Origin: Candidatus Zambryskiibacteriota bacterium
GTDB lineage: Bacteria; Patescibacteriota; Minisyncoccia; Phycocordibacterales; Zambryskibacteraceae
Assembly: GCA_016177225.1 (NCBI GenBank)
Contig: JACOVQ010000002.1
Coordinates: 1-59,652, forward strand
Direction: 5' to 3'
Length of the DNA stretch: 59,652 bases
In this document: piece after piece, positions 27,081 through 36,504 of the stretch
Position numbering within the stretch: position 1 is the stretch's first letter
How the letters are laid out: every line of letters starts with the position of its first letter
Notes under the pieces: generated by a model
The model's input: the letters and a program-made list of their open reading frames with translations, nothing else
Databases searched by the model: none
Told to the model about the DNA's origin: nothing
Program-made: the position numbers and the translations under genes

Positions 27081-29512
27081 TACTTTTTCTCCGCCGCGAG
27101 CTTCTGATGCTCCGGCGTATTAAGCATACCGCACTTCTTGTACTTCTTGCCCGACCCGCAGAAACACGGGTCATTGCGACCAAGATTCACCTCATCCGGA
27201 CTGCGTCCACCCTCTCCTTGAGCAAGGAGAGGGTTGGGTGAGGTCGAGGAATTTGCGAGAGGAAGTTCCGCCGGAAGCGCTGTTATTAACTCATTAACTT
27301 GTTTTGCAATCGACTCTTCCATGTTTCGGAAAAATCTTAATCCTTCCTTTTTGTATTCGACAAGAGGCTCGCGCTGTCCGTAAGCGCGCAGATTTACCGA
27401 TGAGCGCAAATAATCCATCATTTCCAGATGGTCCACCCAGAACAGGTCTATGGTTTGTAAATTTATCCGGCGAATTATTTCATTCTCTTCTTCCATAAGA
27501 ATCTTGCGGCGCCTTTCGTAAATAATCTTTCTCTGAAAGTTTAATACGTCATCAAATTCCAAAACATGTTTGCGGGCGTCGAAATTGAACCCTTCTATTT
27601 TCTCCTGCGCTTTCTCCAGGGCATTGGTGATGAGTTTGTTTTCGATGGGCTCATCTTCCGGAATGTTGAAGCGGCCCATCATGTTTTTAATGGCATCGAC
27701 CGCAAAAATTCTCATAAGCGAATCTTCAAGAGATACAAAAAATTGCGTCTCTCCCGGGTCGCCCTGTCTGCCGGAGCGACCGCGCAACTGATTATCAATG
27801 CGCCGCGCGTCATGCCGTTCCGTACCGAGGACAAAAAGACCGCCGAGAGATTTTACCTCCTCATACTCTTCCGGAACGGCCAGTTTGCCACCGAGTTTAA
27901 TGTCAACGCCACGACCGGCCATGTTGGTGGCAATGGTAACCGCACCCTTCTTGCCCCCGCCCGCGATGATTTCGCCTTCCCTTTCGTGATTTTTGGCATT
28001 TAACACTTCGTGCTTAATGCCTTCGTCTTTCAAATAATCGGAAAGCAGTTCGTTGTGCTCGATGGAAACCGTGCCGATGAGTACAGGCTGGCCTTTTTTG
28101 TTCAATTCTTTGACGCACTTGGCGACCGCCTTCATTTTGCCGGCATGAGTTTGAAAAATTAGGTCCTGGTGGTCTTTGCGGGCGACTGGCTGATGCGTGG
28201 GAATGATAAAAGTTTCTAATCCATAGACTTTATAAAATTCTTCTTTGGAAGTGGCGGCCGTACCGGTCATGCCCGAGAGTTTTTTATACATGCGGAAATA
28301 ATTCTGAAAGGTAATGGAAGCGTAAGTGCGGCTCTCTTCTTTAATCCTGACACCTTCCTTGGCTTCTATAGCTTGATGCAATCCTTCGGACCAGCGTCTG
28401 CCGGGCTGAAGTCTGCCGGTAAAAGCGTCGACAATCACCACTTCATTATCCTTCACTACATATTCTTTATCTTTCTGGTACAAAGCCTTGGCCTTCACGG
28501 CGGTTTCCAGATGATGCACATATTTCACGCCGCCTTCGGTGTAGATGTTTTCGATGTTTAAAAGTTTTTCGGCGTGATTGATGCCCTGGTCAGTCAGAGA
28601 AACGGCACGGAGTTTTTCATCGATGGTGTAATCTGATTCTAGCTTTAAAGCTTCGGCAATTTTAGCGAATTTCTGATACAAGTCGTCCGCGGCTCCAGTA
28701 TTGCCCGATATAATCAAAGGCGTGCGCGCTTCGTCGATCAGAATGGAATCGATTTCGTCAACGACGGCGTAATGATGCTCTCTCTGTGATAAAAGATTTT
28801 TGTCATACAGAAGATTGTCGCGCAGATAATCAAAGCCGAATTCGTTGTTGGTGCCGTAAGTAATATCGGCGCGGTAAGCTTCCTGTTTGGTGGCCGGCCT
28901 TAAAAATTCGTGCACAACGTGAAATGAACCTTTCTCGTCGCGAGTTTTATCCACCTCACCCGGGCTGCGCCCACCCTCTCCTTGAGCAAGGAGAGGGTTG
29001 GGTGAGGTTATATGCTTCTCATCGTATATGAAAGATTCCAAATGAGTCAGAACTCCGACAGACAAACCAAGATAGTCGTAAATTTGACCCATCCACACGG
29101 CGTCGCGGCGAGAGAGATAGTCGTTCACTGTTACAACATGCACTCCTTTGCCTTCGAGCGCGGCAAGATAAGCGGGCATTGTCGCCACCAGAGTTTTGCC
29201 CTCGCCGGTTTTCATCTCGGCGATGCCGCCTTTAAACATGGCAATGCCGCCCAGAAGCTGAACATCAAAGTGCCTTTGGCCCAAAGTGCGCTTAGCCGCT
29301 TCTCTCACGACGGCAAAAGCTTCCGGAAGCATTTCTTCCAATGTTTTGCCTTCCGACAAAAGTTTTTTAAATTGCGAGGTCTTGCCTAACAATTCTTCGG
29401 GCAAAAGTTTTTCAAGCGCCGGTTCATATGCATTAATCTTGTCGACCAGAGGCCGCCATGATTTCAATAACTTTTCTTCCGGAGAACCGAAAAGGGCTTT
29501 AAATATGGCCAT
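27080..29512 (-). CDS. secA: Preprotein translocase SecA (compact, with SEC-C motif)
   Basis: EMKTGEGKT, DEIDSILIDEARTPLIIS, TNMAGRG, QLRGRSGRQGDPG, GRNDPCFCGSGKKYKKC. Confidence 0.97.
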   Translation of the reverse strand: MAIFKALFGSPEEKLLKSWRPLVDKINAYEPALEKLLPEELLGKTSQFKKLLSEGKTLEEMLPEAFAVVREAAKRTLGQRHFDVQLLGGIAMFKGGIAEMKTGEGKTLVATMPAYLAALEGKGVHVVTVNDYLSRRDAVWMGQIYDYLGLSVGVLTHLESFIYDEKHITSPNPLLAQGEGGRSPGEVDKTRDEKGSFHVVHEFLRPATKQEAYRADITYGTNNEFGFDYLRDNLLYDKNLLSQREHHYAVVDEIDSILIDEARTPLIISGNTGAADDLYQKFAKIAEALKLESDYTIDEKLRAVSLTDQGINHAEKLLNIENIYTEGGVKYVHHLETAVKAKALYQKDKEYVVKDNEVVIVDAFTGRLQPGRRWSEGLHQAIEAKEGVRIKEESRTYASITFQNYFRMYKKLSGMTGTAATSKEEFYKVYGLETFIIPTHQPVARKDHQDLIFQTHAGKMKAVAKCVKELNKKGQPVLIGTVSIEHNELLSDYLKDEGIKHEVLNAKNHEREGEIIAGGGKKGAVTIATNMAGRGVDIKLGGKLAVPEEYEEVKSLGGLFVLGTERHDARRIDNQLRGRSGRQGDPGETQFFVSLEDSLMRIFAVDAIKNMMGRFNIPEDEPIENKLITNALEKAQEKIEGFNFDARKHVLEFDDVLNFQRKIIYERRRKILMEEENEIIRRINLQTIDLFWVDHLEMMDYLRSSVNLRAYGQREPLVEYKKEGLRFFRNMEESIAKQVNELITALPAELPLANSSTSPNPLLAQGEGGRSPDEVNLGRNDPCFCGSGKKYKKCGMLNTPEHQKLAAEKK
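27189..27244. repeat. Intragenic palindromic element in the secA C-terminal linker
   Basis: acctcatccggactgcgtccaccctctccttgagcaaggagagggttgggtgaggt. Confidence 0.9.
28953..29008. repeat. Intragenic palindromic element in a secA NBD1 loop
   Basis: acctcacccgggctgcgcccaccctctccttgagcaaggagagggttgggtgaggt. Confidence 0.9.
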
Positions 29513-29531
29513 CAGAACAATATTTTACTAT

Positions 29532-29560
29532 AAAAAAGACGCTCTTGCGAGCGTCTTTTT
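29532..29560. terminator. Bidirectional terminator
   Basis: aaaaaagacgctc-ttgc-gagcgtcttttt. Confidence 0.8.
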
Positions 29561-29583
29561 CAACAAAAAAACGGAAAACGCGA

Positions 29584-29661
29584 TTAACGTCGTCTCTTGG
29601 AAGACTTTCGTTTCTTTGCAGTCTTTCTTTTTTTTGCTGCCTTTCTTTTCTTCTTTGCCAT
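29584..29661 (-). CDS. 25-aa Lys/Arg-rich protamine/histone-H1-like peptide (not in ORF track)
   Basis: MAKKKRKAAKKRKTAKKRKSSKRRR*; followed by a terminator. Confidence 0.65.
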   Translation of the reverse strand: MAKKKRKAAKKRKTAKKRKSSKRRR

Positions 29662-29819
29662 TGAATTAGTTTACGATTAAGGTCTGCACAAAAACATATT
29701 TTGAGAAATATTTTTTTGTGCGACTTGATTTAATTATCTTACTTAATGCGCACGCATACAAGCGAAAAAAATAAATAAGTGTGGATAACTGAATTTGTTT
29801 GGGAAACAAATTCAGAAGT

Positions 29820-31778
29820 CTAACGACCAATCGCTTTGTAAGCCGCGGCAACGCGCGGGTCTTTAGAAATTAACTCGCTCGGCAATTCGGAAATTAATTT
29901 ATTTTCCAAATTTCTGTCGCGAGCGTAAATAGCGCCGATAAGATAAATAATTTTCGCTTCCGTATAATCCGGCGCCAGTTCGTACGCATGTTTAAAAGCT
30001 TCCAGCGCTTTTTTTGCGTCCTCCTTGCCGATGTAGGCCGCTCCTATTTCAAAATAGACGCTTGGCTTGTTTGGCATCAGTTGGCGCGCGCGCTCCAGAT
30101 GCGCCAAAGCCTCGTCAAAAAAACCGAAATTTGTGATAAATCCTCCCACCGCCAACTGATACCTGGCCTCTTTTTCAAATTCTTTATTCTCCACAAGCTT
30201 AATAACCGCGCTTTTCGCAAACACAAAATACTGATTCTTTTCCGCTGTCGGCATATTGCTTGAAAGTATCCGGACGGAGTTTGAGATAATGCGCTCAACC
30301 ACTTCCGGCCGGCCGAGCCTTGAGACGCCGTAAGCCTTTTGCAAAGATTTTGCCGAGTTGGATTCGCCGCTCGGAGTTTGTAAAGCTTTCAACGACTCAA
30401 TGAGAAAGAGGTTGGACATCATCGGCTTGATATTGACAAAATAGAGCGGGATGAGCGCCAAAATGGAGACGGCCGGAAATAAAATTTTCTTAACCTGATT
30501 GTCATTAAAATTCTTTTGCCAAAGTGGCTCGCCGATATTTTTTACGTGGACATAAGCAAGAACGGAAAAGAAGAGGATATAACTGATAAGATTATCAAAG
30601 ACAAAAAAGTTGTGGAAGGCGTAGGCGGCCACCAGACCGACAAGGATGGATTTCTCAATATTTGGCAGGGAGCTTTTCCACAAGAGATATAGAAGAGCGC
30701 CATAGAGAGAAAGATAGCTTAAGAGTCCTAGAATGCCGCCGGCGATGCCCCAGTCCAGAAAGACATTGTGAGCGCGGTCGAACCACGGCTCAAGACTAAA
30801 CATCTCCGGACGATAATGTTCCTGGAAAACGTAAGGAAAGTTTTCCTGCCCCCAGCCGAGAATCGGCCTTTCTTTAATTCCCTTCAAAGCCATCGGCCAG
30901 ACAAAATATCGCCCTTGAGTCTTAACACTTTCTGATGTCAGCGATGTAAAGCGCGAAAGAGTCGGGCTTTCACGCACCATAGCAGTGTTCCTTACCAGGG
31001 AAAAGCCTCCCACCAGTAAGACCAGCGTCGAAAGAATAATGATGCTTGCTTTTCTGGCGAAGACAGATTCGCGATTTCTAATGTTGAGAACGGCTATTAT
31101 CAGTAAGCCCCCTAAAAGCCCGAGAATGGTACCCCGAGTGGCGGTATAATAGAGCACTAATGCATTCGACAAAATAAGAACGCCGTAAATCCATCGTGAA
31201 GCGGTATTTTTCCACTCGCGAACCATAAACAGAAGCGCGACAAAAATATGGAAGAGTGCGTAAACCGCCAAGTAGATGGCATTGCCGAGAGTGCCGTCAA
31301 TTCTGACCCCTCCTTGATTGATGGCTTTCAGGCCGGCAAGTTGCATCAGACTATACAAAAACATCAGAAACGACGCGGTAAGCGAAGCATTCCACCATTT
31401 CTTCCAGAGAGATTCGTTGAAAACCGACGAGATAACGGCAAAAAACATTCCCAAGTGAAGAATAGCCAGAAAGCCTTCCATGCGTTCAAAGTTTGACCAG
31501 AAGCTTTTAACCGGAGCAATGCCCAAAAGGTCAGCAACACCGACAATTAAAATGAAGATGCCGATTGCATACAATATTAAAGACTTTTTGGGACGGTATG
31601 AGCTGTCTAGAAGAGCAAGAACAAGCCACGCGGCGAAAATTACTTCGACAATAATTCTAAAGGCAAAAGCTTTGGTTGTAATAAAAGGAAAGAAAAAATA
31701 ACTTGAAACAAGAAACGGTATGAAAGGAATGGCAAAAAGGCCGGTAAAGATTATTGGCCTAAGGTATCGAGCTGACAT
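29820..31778 (-). CDS. O-antigen ligase / oligosaccharyltransferase-like protein with TPR
   Basis: GTLGNAIYLA, TRG, GWGQENF, DRAHNVFLD (Wzy_C-like), C-terminal TPR. Confidence 0.85.
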   Translation of the reverse strand: MSARYLRPIIFTGLFAIPFIPFLVSSYFFFPFITTKAFAFRIIVEVIFAAWLVLALLDSSYRPKKSLILYAIGIFILIVGVADLLGIAPVKSFWSNFERMEGFLAILHLGMFFAVISSVFNESLWKKWWNASLTASFLMFLYSLMQLAGLKAINQGGVRIDGTLGNAIYLAVYALFHIFVALLFMVREWKNTASRWIYGVLILSNALVLYYTATRGTILGLLGGLLIIAVLNIRNRESVFARKASIIILSTLVLLVGGFSLVRNTAMVRESPTLSRFTSLTSESVKTQGRYFVWPMALKGIKERPILGWGQENFPYVFQEHYRPEMFSLEPWFDRAHNVFLDWGIAGGILGLLSYLSLYGALLYLLWKSSLPNIEKSILVGLVAAYAFHNFFVFDNLISYILFFSVLAYVHVKNIGEPLWQKNFNDNQVKKILFPAVSILALIPLYFVNIKPMMSNLFLIESLKALQTPSGESNSAKSLQKAYGVSRLGRPEVVERIISNSVRILSSNMPTAEKNQYFVFAKSAVIKLVENKEFEKEARYQLAVGGFITNFGFFDEALAHLERARQLMPNKPSVYFEIGAAYIGKEDAKKALEAFKHAYELAPDYTEAKIIYLIGAIYARDRNLENKLISELPSELISKDPRVAAAYKAIGR

Positions 31779-31786
31779 TAGAGCTA

Positions 31787-32518
31787 TTATAGAGGAAATC
31801 CTTTTGTTTTCAAATCTGCCAGCATATATTCTGCCTTAATCCAGTCAAGAGGAGTGTCAATATCAATAGAGCGTTCTGTAGGAACGATATGGCCAGTTAT
31901 TCTGTCTCCATAGAGCCGACCATCTTTCATAATTAAATCTCTTCTCATCGCGTAAGCCGCACCGCTCCTTTTATACGCGATGGGAAAATCTTGGCGACGT
32001 AATCCTTCCGGCTCTTTCATACAGTATGGGACAACCAGCCCATTCTCCAGTTTTTTGGCTTTTATAGGATGCTCGCCACTATCTATTTGGACTAGACTAA
32101 CTGAACTATCTGTTTTTTCGTTAATTAATTTATCTATCGTCTTATCTATATCTTCTGGCAAGCGAAACGGCGAGGTTGGCTGAAGAATAACCACATAGTC
32201 AAAAACTACGCCATCTTTTTCCTCCATGAATTCGATCGCATGCTTCATGACTTCTAGGTGCCCTGACTTATCAGTAGCAAGATGCGAAGGCTGGATAAAA
32301 GGCACATCTGCCCCGCACCGCTCGCACACGGAAGCAATTTCCCGGTCATCCGTTGATATTATGAGGCGGGTTATTCGTTCGCTCTTTTTTGCCGCTTCAA
32401 TTGTATACGCTATTAGAGGCTTGCCTCCTAAAATTTTTATGTTCTTTCCAGGAATGCTTTTAGATCCGCCGCGAGCGGTTATCACGCCAAGAATAAGAGG
32501 TTTCCCTTTTTTAATCAT
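31787..32518 (-). CDS. neuA: Acylneuraminate cytidylyltransferase (NeuA family)
   Basis: ITARGGSKSIPGKN, LQPTSPFR, SIDIDT. Confidence 0.92.
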   Translation of the reverse strand: MIKKGKPLILGVITARGGSKSIPGKNIKILGGKPLIAYTIEAAKKSERITRLIISTDDREIASVCERCGADVPFIQPSHLATDKSGHLEVMKHAIEFMEEKDGVVFDYVVILQPTSPFRLPEDIDKTIDKLINEKTDSSVSLVQIDSGEHPIKAKKLENGLVVPYCMKEPEGLRRQDFPIAYKRSGAAYAMRRDLIMKDGRLYGDRITGHIVPTERSIDIDTPLDWIKAEYMLADLKTKGFPL

Positions 32519-33677
32519 AGAATTTCTTTTGGACATAGAGAGGAATCTTGGCCAGAGTGGAAGCGATGTTCTGGCCAGTGTTCTTTTTAAAGTAAAGCTG
32601 TGATGGTTCATATCTTCCTTTTTTTAATTGGAGTGCCACTGCTTTCTTGATTCTATCTGAGTCGTGGCCGACATCGATAATATTTTTGGCTCTGAGCCTA
32701 TGATTCTGCCTTGACCCAATATTAACTACGGGAACGCCGAGGTACGAACATTCTTTCACTCCGGCAGACGAATTACCGATAAAGCATCGGGCTTGATGAA
32801 GAAGCGAAATAAATTTTTTCGGAGGCAGATACCTCATAAAGCGAATCTTATGGTCACCAACTTCGTTATTGAATACACGCAGCTTATGGGAAATCTCTTC
32901 AGACCCTGTATCTACATTCGGCCAGAACCAAATTGTCGGAATATCGAGCTCGTAAATGGCTCTTAAAAGCTCGCGAGTATTTTTAGCCATTTTACCAATT
33001 TCTGTATTAACTGGATGATACATAACCATGATGTAGTCCTTATGGGGATCCAAAAAAGCGCCTATGCCGGTCTTCTGCAGGTTAACGCCATTAGCCATTT
33101 TTTTTCTAGAAACTTTTTGAACTACCTCAACATCAGGACTGCCAAAATTAAAAACATACTTATTATTTTCTCCCATAGATAAAATCCTCTTCTTTGCCGG
33201 CTCGTTAGTAGAGAAATGAATATGGGAAAGTTTGGTAATAGCGTGCCTGACGCTCTCATCGAGACCGCCGGAAATGTCCCCCCCTTCTATATGTGCTACC
33301 GTAATATTCATGTAAGAAGCGGCTATGGCAACGGACAGAACTTCAAATCTGTCACCCCGAACCACGACTAAATCCGGTTTTATGTCATTAAAGAAATTTG
33401 AAAATTCAACGACCCCCAAACCGGCAGTCTTGGCTTTGACAACCGCAGTGTCCCCTTCCAGATTAAAAAACACTTCATGAATATCTTTTATACCGTCTGC
33501 TTTTAAAAGTTTTTTGATATCGGCATACTTTGATACATACTTGGACAATAAGGCGCTGCCGCCGAGAGCGATGGATAATTCCACATCCTTGCGTTTATTG
33601 AGTTCCTTCAAAACAAGCATATTTCTGCTGTAATGGATGAAGGAGGTTATAACAAAACAGATTTTCCGCTTTTTCAT
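32511..33677 (-). CDS. neuC: Hydrolysing UDP-GlcNAc 2-epimerase (NeuC family)
   Basis: GDRFEVL, HIEGGD, RHAITKLSHIHF, GNSSAG. Confidence 0.9.
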   Translation of the reverse strand: MKKRKICFVITSFIHYSRNMLVLKELNKRKDVELSIALGGSALLSKYVSKYADIKKLLKADGIKDIHEVFFNLEGDTAVVKAKTAGLGVVEFSNFFNDIKPDLVVVRGDRFEVLSVAIAASYMNITVAHIEGGDISGGLDESVRHAITKLSHIHFSTNEPAKKRILSMGENNKYVFNFGSPDVEVVQKVSRKKMANGVNLQKTGIGAFLDPHKDYIMVMYHPVNTEIGKMAKNTRELLRAIYELDIPTIWFWPNVDTGSEEISHKLRVFNNEVGDHKIRFMRYLPPKKFISLLHQARCFIGNSSAGVKECSYLGVPVVNIGSRQNHRLRAKNIIDVGHDSDRIKKAVALQLKKGRYEPSQLYFKKNTGQNIASTLAKIPLYVQKKFYD

Positions 33678-33689
33678 TTAAATATTATA

Positions 33690-34772
33690 CTATGATTTAC
33701 GTTCAATCGCAAGAGGCGTGATGGGTTCGTATTTTGTTAGACTTTTTGCAACCTTTTGACCGACTATGTCTGGTAGTTTCGATGAAGACAAGCCGCCTAG
33801 TTGTTCAATATGAAAGAGCGGCCTCATGGCATATATCATTTCTTTTTTTACAATAGATCCTTTTTTAATATCTTCTCCTGCTACCAAACCTTTTTTAAAA
33901 TAATTCCTAAATATATTATTAGCCCCCTCTAATTCTTTTTCTTTTTTCCCGTAAAATAAAGCGGGATTAATATTCTCATAATTTTTATTTCTTATTGCTT
34001 CCACCATATTTTTCATTTCTTCCGGCTCCATGGAAACCTTGTGATCGGGACCCCAAAGATTCCTGGACAAAGAGAGATGCTTTTCGATAACTCTGGCTCC
34101 GAGTTTGATGGCGGCAAGCGCCGCTTCAAAGCCGCGAGAGTGGTCAGAGAAACCTATTTTTGCCCAGGGATATTGTTCTTTAAAATATTCTAGAGTTCCG
34201 AGATTGAATCTTTCAGAGGGACAAGGATAGAGACTGACGCAATAGAGAAGAGTCGTTTCGACTTGATTTTTTTTAAGATAATTCATTACCGCTTCCAACT
34301 CAAGATGACTTACCATACCGCTCGATATGGTTATAGGCTTGTTTGTACGGACAAGATATTCGAGCATAACAAAATCATCCACATCCCCAGAACCAACCTT
34401 CCAGAAGGGTACGCCAACTTTTTCTAGCTTAATAGCAGCCTTTCTGCTCATGGGGGTGGAGAAGAAAATGATATTTCTATCCCGGCAATAATCTCTTAAC
34501 TCCAGCCAGAACCCAAGCGGCGTAGCTTCCGTATTTCTCTTAACCCAGCTATATCTATCGCTCCCACTAAAGTGGGGCGAGACTACATTTATATCAAGCT
34601 GTTCGTCTTCCACCTCGTGGGTCTGGAACTTTATAGCGTCAACACCGGCGTATACAGCCGCATCAACAAGCTTCTTGGCGTTATCCAAATATTCTGCCAC
34701 CGCCCTATCTTTTTTAGACTGGATAAAGTTTTTACCCGCCTCCGCGATTATAAATACCTCATTTTCTTTCAT
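33690..34772 (-). CDS. neuB: N-acetylneuraminate/nonulosonate synthase (NeuB family) with SAF domain
   Basis: IIAEAG, DAIKFQT, CVSLYP, GFSDHS, IEKH, GPDH. Confidence 0.92.
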   Translation of the reverse strand: MKENEVFIIAEAGKNFIQSKKDRAVAEYLDNAKKLVDAAVYAGVDAIKFQTHEVEDEQLDINVVSPHFSGSDRYSWVKRNTEATPLGFWLELRDYCRDRNIIFFSTPMSRKAAIKLEKVGVPFWKVGSGDVDDFVMLEYLVRTNKPITISSGMVSHLELEAVMNYLKKNQVETTLLYCVSLYPCPSERFNLGTLEYFKEQYPWAKIGFSDHSRGFEAALAAIKLGARVIEKHLSLSRNLWGPDHKVSMEPEEMKNMVEAIRNKNYENINPALFYGKKEKELEGANNIFRNYFKKGLVAGEDIKKGSIVKKEMIYAMRPLFHIEQLGGLSSSKLPDIVGQKVAKSLTKYEPITPLAIERKS

Positions 34773-36124
34773 ATAAACTTGTTTAAGTATAAAGCTATTC
34801 TTTCGGCTGATTTTCCATCAGTGTATTCGCATTGTCTCTGCACAAGCTTTTTTCTTCCTTCTCTATCTACGGACGGGTCTTCTAAGTATTTCCTAACCCA
34901 ATGGATAAGTTCTTCCTCATTATCTACTAACCTGATACCTCCAGCTCCAAGCGCTTTTTTATAATGTGTCATTTTATAGAAAACCGTGGGCGACTTGGAC
35001 AGATTGCCGTTATTTTTAATCTCAAAATTGATGTTTATGGCTGGCTTATCGAACACGGCGGCGTCCATAGAAAGACTGGATGCGTAACATACAATCAGAG
35101 ATGCATGAAAAAGGAGGCTTTTTAGATTATCTAGCTCCTTCTTGGTCATATCCCAGTCAGTGGACCTGACATTGGAAAACCTGGTTCCGAGATATTGATA
35201 AAGAAGCCAGGGCCTTTTTTCCAATTCTTCTTCTTTGATAAAATCATTTGGCGGAAAACTGACAAAAATTTTTACCTGTTCGCCAAATTTGCCTCTATTG
35301 TTTAAATCATAAAGAAGGTCTATCATTTCCCAGTCAGAATTGCTAAACATGCCTCCGATTGGCGAATAAAACATGACTCTGCTTTCATCTTCAATGCCAA
35401 GTTTATCGAGGAAGTCTTTCCTAGAAAAATTAACTGGAGAAAAATAGTAATCATATTGCGGCAAGCCCGATACGAAAATATCTTCCGGCTTTACATAGTT
35501 AGCATCCACTACTTCTTGCTTTATCACGCTGTTAAAGACGACAAATTTATCTGGAAGAATCCTTAAGATACATCTGGCAGTTACCCTATCCCAGCTGTTG
35601 ATGAGGCCTATACTGAATACGGCGTGTTTCTTGGCCGAACGCAAGAAATTTGCTTCAAAATCTTCAAAAAGATTGGCAAGAAAAATTAAATTTGGCTTAT
35701 ATTTTTCAAAATATTTATCAAAATACGCATCTTTTACAAGGACCAGGTCGAGAAAGCGAAATATTTTGACAAAAAAACTGCGCGCCAAAATTCTATGGAG
35801 TAGCAGGGTGTAATAGTAATACAATCTGCCTCTATCTTGGGCGATAATTTTTGCTCTGAGGTCGGTGGTATCTGTCTGTAGAAAGTGGAACTTCCGCCTG
35901 CCGAAAAATCGATTGAGTCGATTTGGTTCATACGGCTTTGCTATCTCATAAACTATTCTGGGATGGTTAAATTCTTTTTGATAATGATCCATTCTGGACT
36001 CATTTTTAACAAAAAGCACCACGCGCAATTCCGGATTATTAGACAGCATTTTATCCACAATCCCGGTACGCAATATATTTTTTGATTCTACTCCCTCGAA
36101 TATTGTTATAAATACTGTTTTCAT
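34769..36124 (-). CDS. Putative GT-B glycosyltransferase (TagF-like / candidate nonulosonate transferase)
   Basis: SWD motif, GLPQYDYY, C-terminal DGKSAERI; coupled to neuB. Confidence 0.55.
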   Translation of the reverse strand: MKTVFITIFEGVESKNILRTGIVDKMLSNNPELRVVLFVKNESRMDHYQKEFNHPRIVYEIAKPYEPNRLNRFFGRRKFHFLQTDTTDLRAKIIAQDRGRLYYYYTLLLHRILARSFFVKIFRFLDLVLVKDAYFDKYFEKYKPNLIFLANLFEDFEANFLRSAKKHAVFSIGLINSWDRVTARCILRILPDKFVVFNSVIKQEVVDANYVKPEDIFVSGLPQYDYYFSPVNFSRKDFLDKLGIEDESRVMFYSPIGGMFSNSDWEMIDLLYDLNNRGKFGEQVKIFVSFPPNDFIKEEELEKRPWLLYQYLGTRFSNVRSTDWDMTKKELDNLKSLLFHASLIVCYASSLSMDAAVFDKPAININFEIKNNGNLSKSPTVFYKMTHYKKALGAGGIRLVDNEEELIHWVRKYLEDPSVDREGRKKLVQRQCEYTDGKSAERIALYLNKFI

Positions 36125-36504
36125 TATTTATTTAAGAAATAGTTCAAGATATTTTTTAGTTCGTCCCATTCTCCTGAGTGGTCTTTTATTGTGCCGTCTT
36201 TTTGCGCTCCTTGAAGATGAAGGCCAAACGGCTCCGACTGCCACATAAATTCATCTCCCAAACCACTAAAACCTTTAGTATAATAATCTTTCTTTTTGGG
36301 CAGATAGCACAAATTCTCTGGCAAGAATTGCTCGATAAAAATATTTAATGGAGATTTAAGATAAGCCGGATTTATATCTTTGAATACAGGTTGAATACAC
36401 TCGCTTTTTCTATCACGATATTTTTCGTATATACGATAGCCAGTATCTCTGGACGAGCCGATGATTGATTTCCTTTTAAGCATTACTTTCAAGAATTGCT
36501 TCAT
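36124..36504 (-). CDS. Hypothetical; probable C-terminal part of a split glycosyltransferase
   Basis: RDTGYRIY motif; ATGA overlap with upstream ORF. Confidence 0.5.
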   Translation of the reverse strand: MKQFLKVMLKRKSIIGSSRDTGYRIYEKYRDRKSECIQPVFKDINPAYLKSPLNIFIEQFLPENLCYLPKKKDYYTKGFSGLGDEFMWQSEPFGLHLQGAQKDGTIKDHSGEWDELKNILNYFLNK

